A DNA stretch of 64,000 nt from Candidatus Nitrotoga sp. SPKER (GCA_003402285.1 QFXG01000028.1:45422-109421); one strand, 5' to 3'. Positions 39,813-49,447 are shown, counted from the first letter of the stretch. The notes: generated by a model from the sequence alone, not told the origin. Program-made: numbers and translations.

Positions 39813-40269
39813 CTTGATAGATGAAGCTGACAATGCTGCGCTTTGCTGATGTTTTTCTATCCCCCAAGCTAACGCTCAGACTTAGAGACAGGCCGAAGAA
39901 ACAGGGAACTCCCTGTTGTGTCCGTGACAGCTGATCACACAGAAAGCTTCAAGCCCAATATATTCAGGGCGGTGACCGGATATGGTGCCGTTTGATGCAT
40001 CGCACGTAATTACACTCGAAGTGCTCGATGCATAGGCTGCCACCAGCTTGTTTCGTGCCCTTGTATAGCGCGGTCGGTGTTACGCGCGCGCAGTTAAGCA
40101 GTTGGACTTACGTCAACATCGCCATTCGTGGCATCCTGGTCGAAAATCGGGACCCGAGACATAATCTTTCGGGCCATATTGCTTACTTCAATAGGTCCAT
40201 TTAATTGAAGATATTTATAGCGCAGACAACCCTTCAGGAAGCGAAATAAAACTGCCGGAGATATAAGCT

Positions 40270-41370
40270 GTGACTGCTAGAAAAATTGTTTTCCAATTAC
40301 ATCTGTATACCGGTTTGGCTATCGGATTACTGCTGATATTAAGCGGGCTGACCGGTAGCGTGTTGGTATTTCGCGAAGAAATCGAGGCGCTGGTATATCC
40401 TGAATTGATGCACACGGTACCGCGTGACGAGCGTGTTTTTTTACAGACGGTGCTAGAAACAGTGCAGCACGCCTATCCGGAAGACAAACCGGTTTTCATT
40501 CGTATGCCGCGCACTCCAGAGCAAACCTATTTAGTTAAGATGAACTATGCGCATGATTTGTTCGTTTATGTTGATCCTTATAACGGCATGATCTTGGGTG
40601 AACATCGGCAGGAAGATACATTTACCGGATGGATTGCGCTTCTGCACACCGAACTTTTAAGTGGCGATCGTGGCGAAATTATCCTTGGTGTAAGTGCATT
40701 GCTGCTGATTGGCATGAGCATAACCGGCCTTATTTTATGGTGGCCGCGAAACAGAAAGTTTTCCCCGGGATTTAAAATCCAGTGGGCAGCACAATGGAAA
40801 AGAATGAATTTTGATATGCATCGTGCCTCGGGTATTTACACCGTTTTATTTCTTTTATTTACAGCTTTTACAGGCACATCTTTAGTATTTAATAAAACGG
40901 TTATCAGCTTGATCAATACCATCACTCAAAGCCCACCGCGGGCTGCCCCACCGCATTCCGACTCTCGTCAAGCAGGGATGCCGAGGCCTGCACTCGACAT
41001 GATGTTGCATCAAGCCGACTATATGGTGCCTGCCACCACCACCTGGATTAATCTTCCCCAAAAACCGGGGGCGCCCTTGGTGGTACGAAAAAAATTCATC
41101 CAAGAATTTCATCCAAATGGTAGAAGTTTCATCTATTTAGATCAATATTCGGGAAAGGTATTACAGGTGGAAAACGCGTTGACGGCCTCTCTGGGTACGC
41201 GCATTTTTAACACACTTTACCCGATACATATTGGTGCAATAGGCGGGGCACCTACCCGTCTTTTACAGGTGATCATCGGTTTATCGCCGCTCATTTTATT
41301 TACCACTGGCTATATCATGTGGTGGAACCGAAGGAAGGCGAAACGATATCACTCCCGCCTAATAAAATAA
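40270..41370 (+). CDS. PepSY-associated TM-helix protein (putative periplasmic ferric-siderophore reductase, FoxB/PiuB-like)
   Basis: N-terminal ...LHLYTGLAIGLLLILSGLTGSVLVFREEIE, four TM segments and a PepSY_TM pattern. GTG start with GGAG upstream. Confidence 0.8.
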   Translation: MTARKIVFQLHLYTGLAIGLLLILSGLTGSVLVFREEIEALVYPELMHTVPRDERVFLQTVLETVQHAYPEDKPVFIRMPRTPEQTYLVKMNYAHDLFVYVDPYNGMILGEHRQEDTFTGWIALLHTELLSGDRGEIILGVSALLLIGMSITGLILWWPRNRKFSPGFKIQWAAQWKRMNFDMHRASGIYTVLFLLFTAFTGTSLVFNKTVISLINTITQSPPRAAPPHSDSRQAGMPRPALDMMLHQADYMVPATTTWINLPQKPGAPLVVRKKFIQEFHPNGRSFIYLDQYSGKVLQVENALTASLGTRIFNTLYPIHIGAIGGAPTRLLQVIIGLSPLILFTTGYIMWWNRRKAKRYHSRLIK

Positions 41371-41536
41371 TGCGTAAGTTTGAATATGCAAACAGGCTTC
41401 CTCAACTTACGTCACTGTTCCATTGAATATCCGTTTTAAGCTCATTCGTTCGTGTCCATTTTCTTCAACTTACATCAATAAAAAGTCAATTTAAAATTTG
41501 AAGGAATGAAGATAAATCTACTTCTCTAAGCGCCAA

Positions 41537-42433
41537 CTATGTATGACCGGATAAAGAACAATGATATTTGTCCAGCTCAATCTGAATAGTGACGTGTCCA
41601 ATGGTAAAGTTATCGTGCAACTCTTCCGTAACACGGCACAGAAACTCATTCCCTGGATGTCCGCCGCACATGACCAAATGAACGGTCAGTGCAATTTCTG
41701 AAGTACTCATCGCCCATACATGCAGATCATGTATTTCGATGACATTTGGCTGTGCTGTCAGATAATTTTTCACATTATCTAATGTGATTGATGCCGGCAC
41801 ACCGTCCAGAGAAAGATGTAAAGCCTGGCGTAACAAATCCCATGTACTCCACAATATCACTACAGCAATGACCAGGCTGATTGCAGGATCGAGCCAAGCC
41901 CAACCAGTCCAGATAAACATCGCACCTGCGATAACCACACCGAGTGAAACCAGCGCATCTGCCGCCATATGAAGAAAAGCACCACGCAGGTTAAGATCTT
42001 TTTTGTTGCCGGACATGAATAACCAAGCGGTGATGCCGTTGATCACTACTCCAATAGCAGCAACCAGCATGACGATGCCGCCCTGAATCGGCACCTGATG
42101 ACTGAATCTACCAACGGCTTCCCACACGATGCCGCCTATCGCAATCAGCAATATCATCGCATTAAACAATGCAGCAAGAATCGAGGCTCGCCCCAAGCCG
42201 TAAGTATGTTTCTGATTAGGTCGCAGCTGTGCCAGATATAAACCGCCATATGCCACAAGTAAACCGAGCACATCGCTCAGGTTGTGCCCGGCATCGGAGA
42301 GTAGTGCGAGCGAGTCGGCTTGCCAGCCGAAAATTGTTTCAACGACGACGAACATCACATTCAATGCAATGCCAATGACAAATGCTCGACCGTAGTTTGC
42401 AGTGTGGCTGTGCGAATGATGATGTGCTGTCAT
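41537..42433 (-). CDS. czcD: cation diffusion facilitator family metal efflux transporter
   Basis: His-rich N-terminus MTAHHHSHSH, SDAGHNLSD and HMAADA metal-site motifs, and a cytoplasmic C-terminal domain. Confidence 0.9.
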   Translation of the reverse strand: MTAHHHSHSHTANYGRAFVIGIALNVMFVVVETIFGWQADSLALLSDAGHNLSDVLGLLVAYGGLYLAQLRPNQKHTYGLGRASILAALFNAMILLIAIGGIVWEAVGRFSHQVPIQGGIVMLVAAIGVVINGITAWLFMSGNKKDLNLRGAFLHMAADALVSLGVVIAGAMFIWTGWAWLDPAISLVIAVVILWSTWDLLRQALHLSLDGVPASITLDNVKNYLTAQPNVIEIHDLHVWAMSTSEIALTVHLVMCGGHPGNEFLCRVTEELHDNFTIGHVTIQIELDKYHCSLSGHT

Positions 42434-42921
42434 GATATTCCTTAAAGAGCAGCGGTGACATGAACACTAGCAGAAAAATCTCCTGTAAACAATGGGCTAA
42501 CGCTAGCCCCTACCATAAACACAGTAGCTATATGTTGCGATCCAACTGTCGCATCACCCGTACTAAGCAATCGATTTTTTCGTAAGTGTGACGGATTCAA
42601 CATACCTCAAACACTTCTTTAGGTGATGCAAAGATGTTGCACGACATATCGGTGCGATATACTGCCAAACGCGCTAGCTATCAGAGCTAAATCCGCAAAT
42701 AACTTTAGCCCACTAAAACACTTCAAATATGACCGCTCTGCAAAAACTGCTGAAAACTTTTCGACAAACATCTGTCACAGAGCGGAAAAGCAGTGGAAAC
42801 AATGGGCAACCCGCGTTATTCGCTGGAACTGTTCATGCGCGTGGTGACGGTGAGCCTGGAAACGATGAAATTGTGAACAGCCTGTCAGCCCGGAAGCGGC
42901 ATCTGATTTGACGGGGGATGC

Positions 42922-43653
42922 ATGACTATCCAGATTGTTGAAATTCTCGACCGCTCGATTCAGGGCGTCACCAGGCCGTTCTATTGCCGCTGCGAAGATG
43001 GGCAAACTTACTTTGTCAAAGGCCGGGGGGCTGGCAGGCAAAGCTTGATTGCAGAGTACGTGGGTGGACGGCTGGCGCGCGCCTTTGACCTGCCGGTTCC
43101 TGATTTTGAAATCGTGGAAATTCCGCCCGAATTGATCCGGTGTTGCAGCCGGGGAGATGCAAACGAACTGGGTACGGGGCTGGTATTCGGCTCCAAGGCA
43201 TTGCCACATGTGCAGGAGTTTTCCTTTTCACATATTACCCAAGTGAATGAGTAAGCTCGCAAGGATGTGGTGCTGTTCGACTGGTGGGTGCATAACGCGG
43301 ATCGTACTTTGAGCGAGAAAGGCGGCAATCCAAATTTGCTGTGGGATCAAAAAAATTCGAGGTTGGCCGTTATTGACCACAATCAGGCATTCGACCCGGA
43401 CTTTGATTCGCTACAATTTGCGCAGACTCATGTATTCAATGGCAGCCTTTTGAATATCATAGATGATTTGGTGGAGCGCGATGTCTACCGCAATCGTTTG
43501 GCGGATGCAATTGTCGAATTCAATTCCGCTTGCGATAATGTCCCTCCAGAGTGGTGGTGGGAAGATGATGGAGTCCCAGCCAATTTCAACCGTGATGCAG
43601 CAAGTGAAACTCTCAACCGATTTACCGATGATATTTTTTGGAGGATAGCGTGA
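42922..43653 (+). pseudogene. HipA-like serine/threonine kinase interrupted by one in-frame TAA (43252-43254)
   Basis: ORFs 42922-43254 and 43267-43653 share one frame; the codons between them are TAA GCT CGC AAG GAT. Kinase-like motifs are WWVHNADR and VIDHNQAF (catalytic-loop D-x-H-x-x-N). Confidence 0.7.
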
Positions 43654-44480
43654 TGAATAAATACGCCTGTCAGTACGCTATCGTCCGCTTCCTACCTTAT
43701 TTGGAAACCGGCGAGTTTGCCAATGTGGGCATTGTGATGTTTTGCCCGGATGCCAGGTTATTCGAGTTCAGATTATTGCGGCATATCCGACGCATCACGT
43801 CATTTTTCGAGGAATTAGATGCAGGTATCTATCGCCGCGCCGCCAACGATTTCAAGCAAGAACTAAAACGCATCCATAACTGGCTTGATCCAAAACAAGA
43901 GAACCGGATAAATGCAGATTTGGCTCGTCATCTGTTTGCCGAGCTGACGCGCCCGCGCGAAGCCATGATGCGCTTTGATACGGTTCGCGTGGTGCTGGCC
44001 GACGATCCGGTACAGAAATTCGATGAGTTGTTCGGTCATTATGTGGAACGCAATTTTGCGACCAAAGCTTATCAAGAACAGTTGCTGGAAAAAAATGTGC
44101 GTAGGATTTTGACGGACGCAAAGCTGGACAAGCAATATCGCCCCGAGACATTGGGGGATGCTGCCACCTATCACACGCGCCTGCCCTTTGTGCATCGAAA
44201 GAACGGGCGCGCAGTGAAGGCGATTAAACCACTGCATCTGGCGCACGAAGACCCCGCACAAATCTACGATCACGGCTGGGCCTGGTTGGGAAAAGTGGAA
44301 AAATTGCGGGCTTTAAAATTATTGCCGGATCGAATTCTGTTCCCGGTGCAGAGGCCAACCGAAAATGATGGTAGGCGCTTTGAAATGTTTCAGGAAATTA
44401 CTCAAAAAATAGCCGCGAATGATGTAGTGGTCATACCCGATCAACAAACTCAAAAAATTATCGAGTTTGCTCAAGATTAA
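43653..44480 (+). CDS. DUF3037 domain protein
   Basis: N-terminus YACQYAIVRFLPYLETGEFANVGIVMFCP is characteristic of DUF3037. Its ATG overlaps the kinase stop (TGATG), with GGAGGA 7 nt upstream. The track ORF opens at 43638. Confidence 0.8.
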   Translation: MNKYACQYAIVRFLPYLETGEFANVGIVMFCPDARLFEFRLLRHIRRITSFFEELDAGIYRRAANDFKQELKRIHNWLDPKQENRINADLARHLFAELTRPREAMMRFDTVRVVLADDPVQKFDELFGHYVERNFATKAYQEQLLEKNVRRILTDAKLDKQYRPETLGDAATYHTRLPFVHRKNGRAVKAIKPLHLAHEDPAQIYDHGWAWLGKVEKLRALKLLPDRILFPVQRPTENDGRRFEMFQEITQKIAANDVVVIPDQQTQKIIEFAQD

Positions 44481-44499
44481 GTTGGGATGAGGCAATCAT

Positions 44500-45615
44500 A
44501 TGAAAATCGGAATACCCAAAGAAATCAAAGCAAATGAAAATCGGGTCGCATTGGTTCCATCCGGTGCAGAATCGCTTATTGCGGCTGGACATTCTGTGCT
44601 GGTCGAGGCAGGTGCTGGATTCGGTAGTGGCTTTAGTGACGAGCAGTATCTTGCAGTAGGCGCACGTATCGTCTCTGATGCCAACGTAATATGGGCGGAT
44701 GCCGATCTGATTGTTAAAGTTAAAGAGCCGATTGAGCCAGAGTGGCAGCACATCAAGCCTGGCCAAACACTGTTCACCTATTTTCATTTTTCCGCTAATG
44801 AAAAACTAACCCGAGCACATCTGGATTCTGGTGCAACTTGTATCGCTTATGAAACGATTGAATTGCCTTCACGTGAATTACCACTACTAACCCCCATGTC
44901 TGAAGTGGCCGGACGCATGGCCGTAAATGAAGGGGCCAAATATCTCGAAAAATTATATGGTGGACGGGGCGTTCTGTTAGGGGGTGTCCCCGGTGTGCCA
45001 CCCGCACATGTTGTCATCCTCGGCGGCGGTGTAGTGGGCATGAATGCCGCCAGAATGGCAGCAGGTCTGGGCGCAAGTGTTACCCTTCTTGACATTTCAC
45101 TGGAGCGGCTACGCCATCTGGGCGATGTCATGCCCGCTAACGTACAGTTGATTTTTTCCAATCGGCACAATTTACAGGAACAGATTGCCAGCGCCGACCT
45201 TGTCATCGGTGGGGTGTTAATCACCGGAGCCATTGCACCCAAACTGATACGCTACGATGATCTCAAGACCATGCGCAAAGGCTCAGTGATCGTAGATGTT
45301 GCAGTGGATCAAGGCGGTTGCATTGAAACAACCCATCCCACCACCCACGAGAATCCAATTTATGTAGTCGAGGGAATCATTCACTATGCTGTGGCAAACA
45401 TGCCCGGCGCCCTCCCCCGCACCTCTACGCTGGCGCTAACCAATGCGACTTTGCCTTATGTAATGCAAATAGCAAATAAAGGCTGGAAACAGGCACTAAA
45501 GGATAACGCTGCGTTGCGCAAAGGGCTCAATATCGTGAATGGAAAAATCACTCATCACGCAGTCGCCCAGGCATTCGCAATGCTGGCCTACGCGCCGGAA
45601 AATTTTCTCGATTAA
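44500..45615 (+). CDS. ald: alanine dehydrogenase
   Basis: MKIGIPKEIKANENRVALVPSG... and the Rossmann motif VVILGGGVVGMNAA. Confidence 0.95.
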   Translation: MKIGIPKEIKANENRVALVPSGAESLIAAGHSVLVEAGAGFGSGFSDEQYLAVGARIVSDANVIWADADLIVKVKEPIEPEWQHIKPGQTLFTYFHFSANEKLTRAHLDSGATCIAYETIELPSRELPLLTPMSEVAGRMAVNEGAKYLEKLYGGRGVLLGGVPGVPPAHVVILGGGVVGMNAARMAAGLGASVTLLDISLERLRHLGDVMPANVQLIFSNRHNLQEQIASADLVIGGVLITGAIAPKLIRYDDLKTMRKGSVIVDVAVDQGGCIETTHPTTHENPIYVVEGIIHYAVANMPGALPRTSTLALTNATLPYVMQIANKGWKQALKDNAALRKGLNIVNGKITHHAVAQAFAMLAYAPENFLD

Positions 45616-46439
45616 TTCTGGATATACAAATCTTCGGCCAGCGATTTTATCGGGCTGGGAGTCGTAACAAGTTGTGCGACAGCCGCGCCTCCATGAAACA
45701 TCCACAATGTGCCCGGCGCCATGGCTTGCCAAGCCTCATTATCAGTCAACGGCACGGTGGCGATAATAGCCACACGATCATTAGGCGTAGTCACGTGGCT
45801 AAAATCGACTGTCATATCCTCATCCTTAAGATGTGCCACATTAAATGGACTATGACGGATAAGGTAGTTTAATTCGGTCGAGCAATGCGCAAAAAGACAT
45901 TCGCCGTTAGATAATAGATAGTTAAAAATACCCCTGCCAGCGAGCTGGTCGGTGAGCTCATGCAGCGCGGCAAACAGAACGTCACGCGTTGGCGGTGTAT
46001 CATTAAAACGAATTCTCAGACTTTGCAGCAACCAGCAAAAAATACGTTCACTGTCAGTATTCCCCACAGGAACAAAACCACCATATAACTCTGGCTGGAA
46101 TTGCGGCAGGTTACCGTTGTGCGCAAAAACCCAGTACTGACCCCACAGCTCGCGCACAAACGGATGGGTATTTTCCAACGACACCAAGCCTTGTGTCGCC
46201 TTACGAATATGCGCAATGACGTTAAGGGATTGAATAGGGTAGTGGCGCACCAGTTCAGCGATAGGCGATTGGGCTGAAGGTTTTGGATCTAAAAATAACC
46301 GCACGCCCTTACCCTCGAAAAAAGCGATGCCCCAGCCATCAGCATGTATGCCCGTTTCTCCGCCTCGTTTCTGAAAGCCAGTAAACGAAAAACAAATATC
46401 AGTGGGAACATTGCAGTTCATGCCGAGCAGTTCGCACAT
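45612..46439 (-). CDS. yafJ: class II (Ntn) glutamine amidotransferase, YafJ family
   Basis: MCELLGMNCNVPTDICFSFTGF..RGG..G.H.DGWGI.F is colinear with E. coli YafJ. Cys2 is the nucleophile. Confidence 0.9.
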   Translation of the reverse strand: MCELLGMNCNVPTDICFSFTGFQKRGGETGIHADGWGIAFFEGKGVRLFLDPKPSAQSPIAELVRHYPIQSLNVIAHIRKATQGLVSLENTHPFVRELWGQYWVFAHNGNLPQFQPELYGGFVPVGNTDSERIFCWLLQSLRIRFNDTPPTRDVLFAALHELTDQLAGRGIFNYLLSNGECLFAHCSTELNYLIRHSPFNVAHLKDEDMTVDFSHVTTPNDRVAIIATVPLTDNEAWQAMAPGTLWMFHGGAAVAQLVTTPSPIKSLAEDLYIQN

Positions 46440-46442
46440 ATC

Positions 46443-46520
46443 TCAAAACAGCGCAAGCTGAGGGTTCGAGTGCAATTTATGATACTTACCGTCTTGTTTC
46501 TTGACGTACTTGCCTATCAT
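46443..46520 (-). CDS. Candidate 25-codon upstream ORF translationally coupled to yafJ
   Basis: Hand translation gives MIGKYVKKQDGKYHKLHSNPQLALF. GGAG lies 5 nt before its ATG. Its TGA ends 3 nt before the yafJ ATG, which has no SD of its own. Confidence 0.35.
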   Translation of the reverse strand: MIGKYVKKQDGKYHKLHSNPQLALF

Positions 46521-46905
46521 GGTTTCTCCGTATTCCAAACCGGTTTTGCAAAAAAACTTCCTTCCAGATTCGCCGCCCACAACTGTTCGCTCATTCGGAA
46601 TGCTTACCCGCAAAGCGGCAGAGAATTTAACCCGAAGAAATTAATCAGTGAGCCTAACTACAGTAACTATTACCAGTACAAAGATAATGATAACTGAGCA
46701 TATCGCAAAAAATACCGGGATCCAGTCTTTCATAAAATACCTCTTTATTTGAAAGATGAATGATTCTAATAATAGATGAAAATAGCTTCAAGTTTTCCTG
46801 AAGATAGATAGGCTTCTATTTTTTAGACGGAGATGAAGTAGATTGCAAATCTTTAATGAGAATAAACGAGGTTTGTCAAATTACTTATGGATCGTCACAT
46901 TGTGT

Positions 46906-47118
46906 TTACAAATATAAATATTTAAGGCAGCGTGTGCATCTAACTTTACCCACGCCCTTTTCGTCATCAAGATGATTTAGGTGTTGAATTGCACCTTTCA
47001 AAAAACAAGTGAGACATGGTAAAGGTTTACCAAAACTCTTAAGGGCGCTACGCCATTCGGTCAAATATGCGTCCACATGTGTTTCTGCATCGCCCCGAAC
47101 TCGAATTTGTTGCAACAT
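46906..47118 (-). CDS. hypothetical small protein with CxxC...CxxC spacing
   Basis: 70-aa ORF containing PCLTC and CTRC. No clear SD, and no competing ORF. Confidence 0.3.
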   Translation of the reverse strand: MLQQIRVRGDAETHVDAYLTEWRSALKSFGKPLPCLTCFLKGAIQHLNHLDDEKGVGKVRCTRCLKYLYL

Positions 47119-47172
47119 TTCTTAAAGCATAAATTCAAGCGACATTACATCTCCTGTTCAAACGTTGACAGT

Positions 47173-47490
47173 TCATTTTGACTTGTTATTAGCAGGTATC
47201 TTTAAGGTGTAAGGATTGTTAGTCGGTGCGTTGCCATAAGGATTGCCATACGGTGAGTAGGGATCAGTAATTTTTGTTGGTGATTGACTCCCGCTATGCA
47301 TTCCATATCCATTGGACGAATAAGTCTGCTCACTCTTATTTTTAGTAAGGTTGCTCGTATGCCGTCCAGGCTGGCTATCCTTTGTCTCAGCTGCTGCATG
47401 CGCAGGACTTGTGAAATCTATATAGATGAGTGTCACTAGGACGGCAATTGCTGCGGCTTGTAATGACATTATTTTGATTTTTGATGACAT
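47173..47490 (-). CDS. hypothetical secreted low-complexity protein
   Basis: Signal-peptide-like AAIAVLVTLIYIDFTSPAHAAA, and a P/Y/G/N-rich tail (PYSPYGNPYGNAPTNNPY). Confidence 0.5.
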   Translation of the reverse strand: MSSKIKIMSLQAAAIAVLVTLIYIDFTSPAHAAAETKDSQPGRHTSNLTKNKSEQTYSSNGYGMHSGSQSPTKITDPYSPYGNPYGNAPTNNPYTLKIPANNKSK

Positions 47491-47735
47491 GGTAGTTTTC
47501 TTATTTATTTTTAATTTTTTCGATAATGAGAATTATCCTATTTATAGACAAGCAGAATAGCAAGCTTTAATAAAAATAAAAAGGAAGTTATGTATTTGAC
47601 TCCCTTACATTCTGTTACGTATACATCTCTGCCTGTCGTGCTTATTCCCAAATACGATAAGCAAAGCTGAATTTATGATTTTTACTATGTTCCTGGCGTC
47701 TATACACTTTACGACTGATTTGATTAAAGGATACT

Positions 47736-48569
47736 TTGATGGCGTCATTCAAAGCACACAGCGTGTTGCCGGGATTCAATCTGGCACTTGGCTTCACGCT
47801 TTTATATCTCTCGTTGCTCGTACTAATTCCCCTATCTTCGTTGTTCTTCAAAACAGCGACACTGGGCTGGGACGGTTTTTGGGAAGTGGCCACAGGCGAT
47901 CGGGTGTTGGCCTCGCTGCGTGTCACTTTTGTCGCGTCTTTTGCCGCTGCGGTACTGAATGCCATTTTTGGTCTAGTAGTTGCTTGGGTGCTGGTACGCT
48001 ATACGTTCCCGGGCAAGCGTTTAGTGGATGCGTTGGTGGATTTGCCATTCGCCTTGCCTACCGCCGTAGCGGGCATCACTCTAGCCATGCTGTATGCGCC
48101 TAACGGCTGGATCGGCCACTACTTTGCCGAGCATGACATCAAAATAGCGTACACCCCGCTCGGCATAGTGGTGGCGCTCACTTTCATCGGCTTGCCCTTC
48201 GTGGTACGTACCGTACAGCCAGTATTGGCGGATGTTGAGGCCGAAATAGAAGAGGCAGCCGCGAGCTTGGGTGCAAATCGCTGGGATGTATTCCGTCGAG
48301 TTATTTTTCCTTCAATATATCCAGCTTTGTTGACAGGTTTCGCATTAGCTTTTGCTCGCTCGATTGGCGAATATGGCTCAGTCATTTTCATTGCAGGCAA
48401 CATGCCGTTCATTTCAGAAATTGCACCATTGCTAATTGTCGCCAAACTGGAGCAATACGATTACGCAGGTGCCACGGCAATTGCTTTGGTCATGCTACTA
48501 ATTTCATTCGCCCTGTTATTGGCTATCAATGGGTTGCAGTGGTGGAGCAACCGCCGGGAAATCAGATGA
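47736..48569 (+). CDS. cysT: sulfate ABC transporter permease CysT
   Basis: Typical CysT N-terminus ([24 protein letters not shown]) and the EAA loop [12 protein letters not shown]. Confidence 0.93.
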   Translation: MMASFKAHSVLPGFNLALGFTLLYLSLLVLIPLSSLFFKTATLGWDGFWEVATGDRVLASLRVTFVASFAAAVLNAIFGLVVAWVLVRYTFPGKRLVDALVDLPFALPTAVAGITLAMLYAPNGWIGHYFAEHDIKIAYTPLGIVVALTFIGLPFVVRTVQPVLADVEAEIEEAAASLGANRWDVFRRVIFPSIYPALLTGFALAFARSIGEYGSVIFIAGNMPFISEIAPLLIVAKLEQYDYAGATAIALVMLLISFALLLAINGLQWWSNRREIR

Positions 48570-49447
48570 TGTCTTTACCTCAACCATTGATCAACAATCG
48601 AAAAATCGCCACACATGAATCCAAAGCGGTGACGCTCTTACTCATCACTGTTGCGCTGTCATATCTGTTGCTTTTTCTCGGCATACCTTTATTTGCTGTG
48701 TTCTACGAAGCGCTGGGCAAAGGCTGGGCTCTTTACTGGACGGCATTACAAGATCCGGATGCGTGGTCAGCTATCGAATTGACCTTGATTGCAGCGGCTA
48801 TTGCGGTGCCAGCCAACCTGGTGTTTGGTGTCGCAACGGCGTGGGCTATTGCCAAATTCGAATTTCGAGGAAAAAGTGTATTAATCACATTGATTGATCT
48901 GCCGTTTGCCGTCAGCCCGGTAGTGTCCGGCTTGATCTATGTACTACTGTTCGGCGCGCAGGGCTGGTTCGGACCATGGCTGCAGGAACATGACATCAAA
49001 CTTATTTTTGCGGTACCGGGCATCGTGTTGGTCACCGTTTTCGTCACCTTTCCCTTCATTGCTCGTGAGTTAATTCCGCTAATGCAGGCACAAGGCAAAG
49101 ATGAAGAAGAAGCGGCGGTATCACTTGGCGCTTCCGGCTGGCAAACCTTCTGGCGCGTCACCGTGCCCAACATTAAATGGGGTCTGCTGTATGGCGTGAT
49201 CTTGTGTAATGCCCGTGCGATGGGTGAATTCGGCGCGGTGTCAGTGGTGTCCGGGCACATTCGAGGTATGACCAACACCATACCGCTGCACGTAGAGATT
49301 CTTTACAACGAATATAACTTTGTTGCGGCTTTCAGCGTAGCCTCACTGCTGGCCTTATTAGCGTTGGTTACGCTACTCGCCAAATCGATCGTAGAAATTA
49401 AGGTCAAGCGTAATGGCAACAGGCTTCCTCATGGAGAAACAGAATGA
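48566..49447 (+). CDS. cysW: sulfate ABC transporter permease CysW
   Basis: CysW family with the EAA loop [21 protein letters not shown] overlaps the cysT stop. The track ORF opens at 48539 (GTG). Confidence 0.93.
   Translation: MMSLPQPLINNRKIATHESKAVTLLLITVALSYLLLFLGIPLFAVFYEALGKGWALYWTALQDPDAWSAIELTLIAAAIAVPANLVFGVATAWAIAKFEFRGKSVLITLIDLPFAVSPVVSGLIYVLLFGAQGWFGPWLQEHDIKLIFAVPGIVLVTVFVTFPFIARELIPLMQAQGKDEEEAAVSLGASGWQTFWRVTVPNIKWGLLYGVILCNARAMGEFGAVSVVSGHIRGMTNTIPLHVEILYNEYNFVAAFSVASLLALLALVTLLAKSIVEIKVKRNGNRLPHGETE

Noticed and set aside
42623-42847. 74-aa Cys/Arg-rich plus-strand ORF in the czcD/kinase spacer
   Set aside because: It has no SD, an odd composition, and overlaps the alternative 60-aa frame. 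It is probably non-coding promoter DNA for the kinase operon.
46344-46697. 117-aa plus-strand ORF spanning the yafJ start and upstream spacer
   Set aside because: It overlaps the yafJ 5' end in antisense, has no SD, and is low-complexity. The minus-strand mini-ORFs with good SDs explain the region better.
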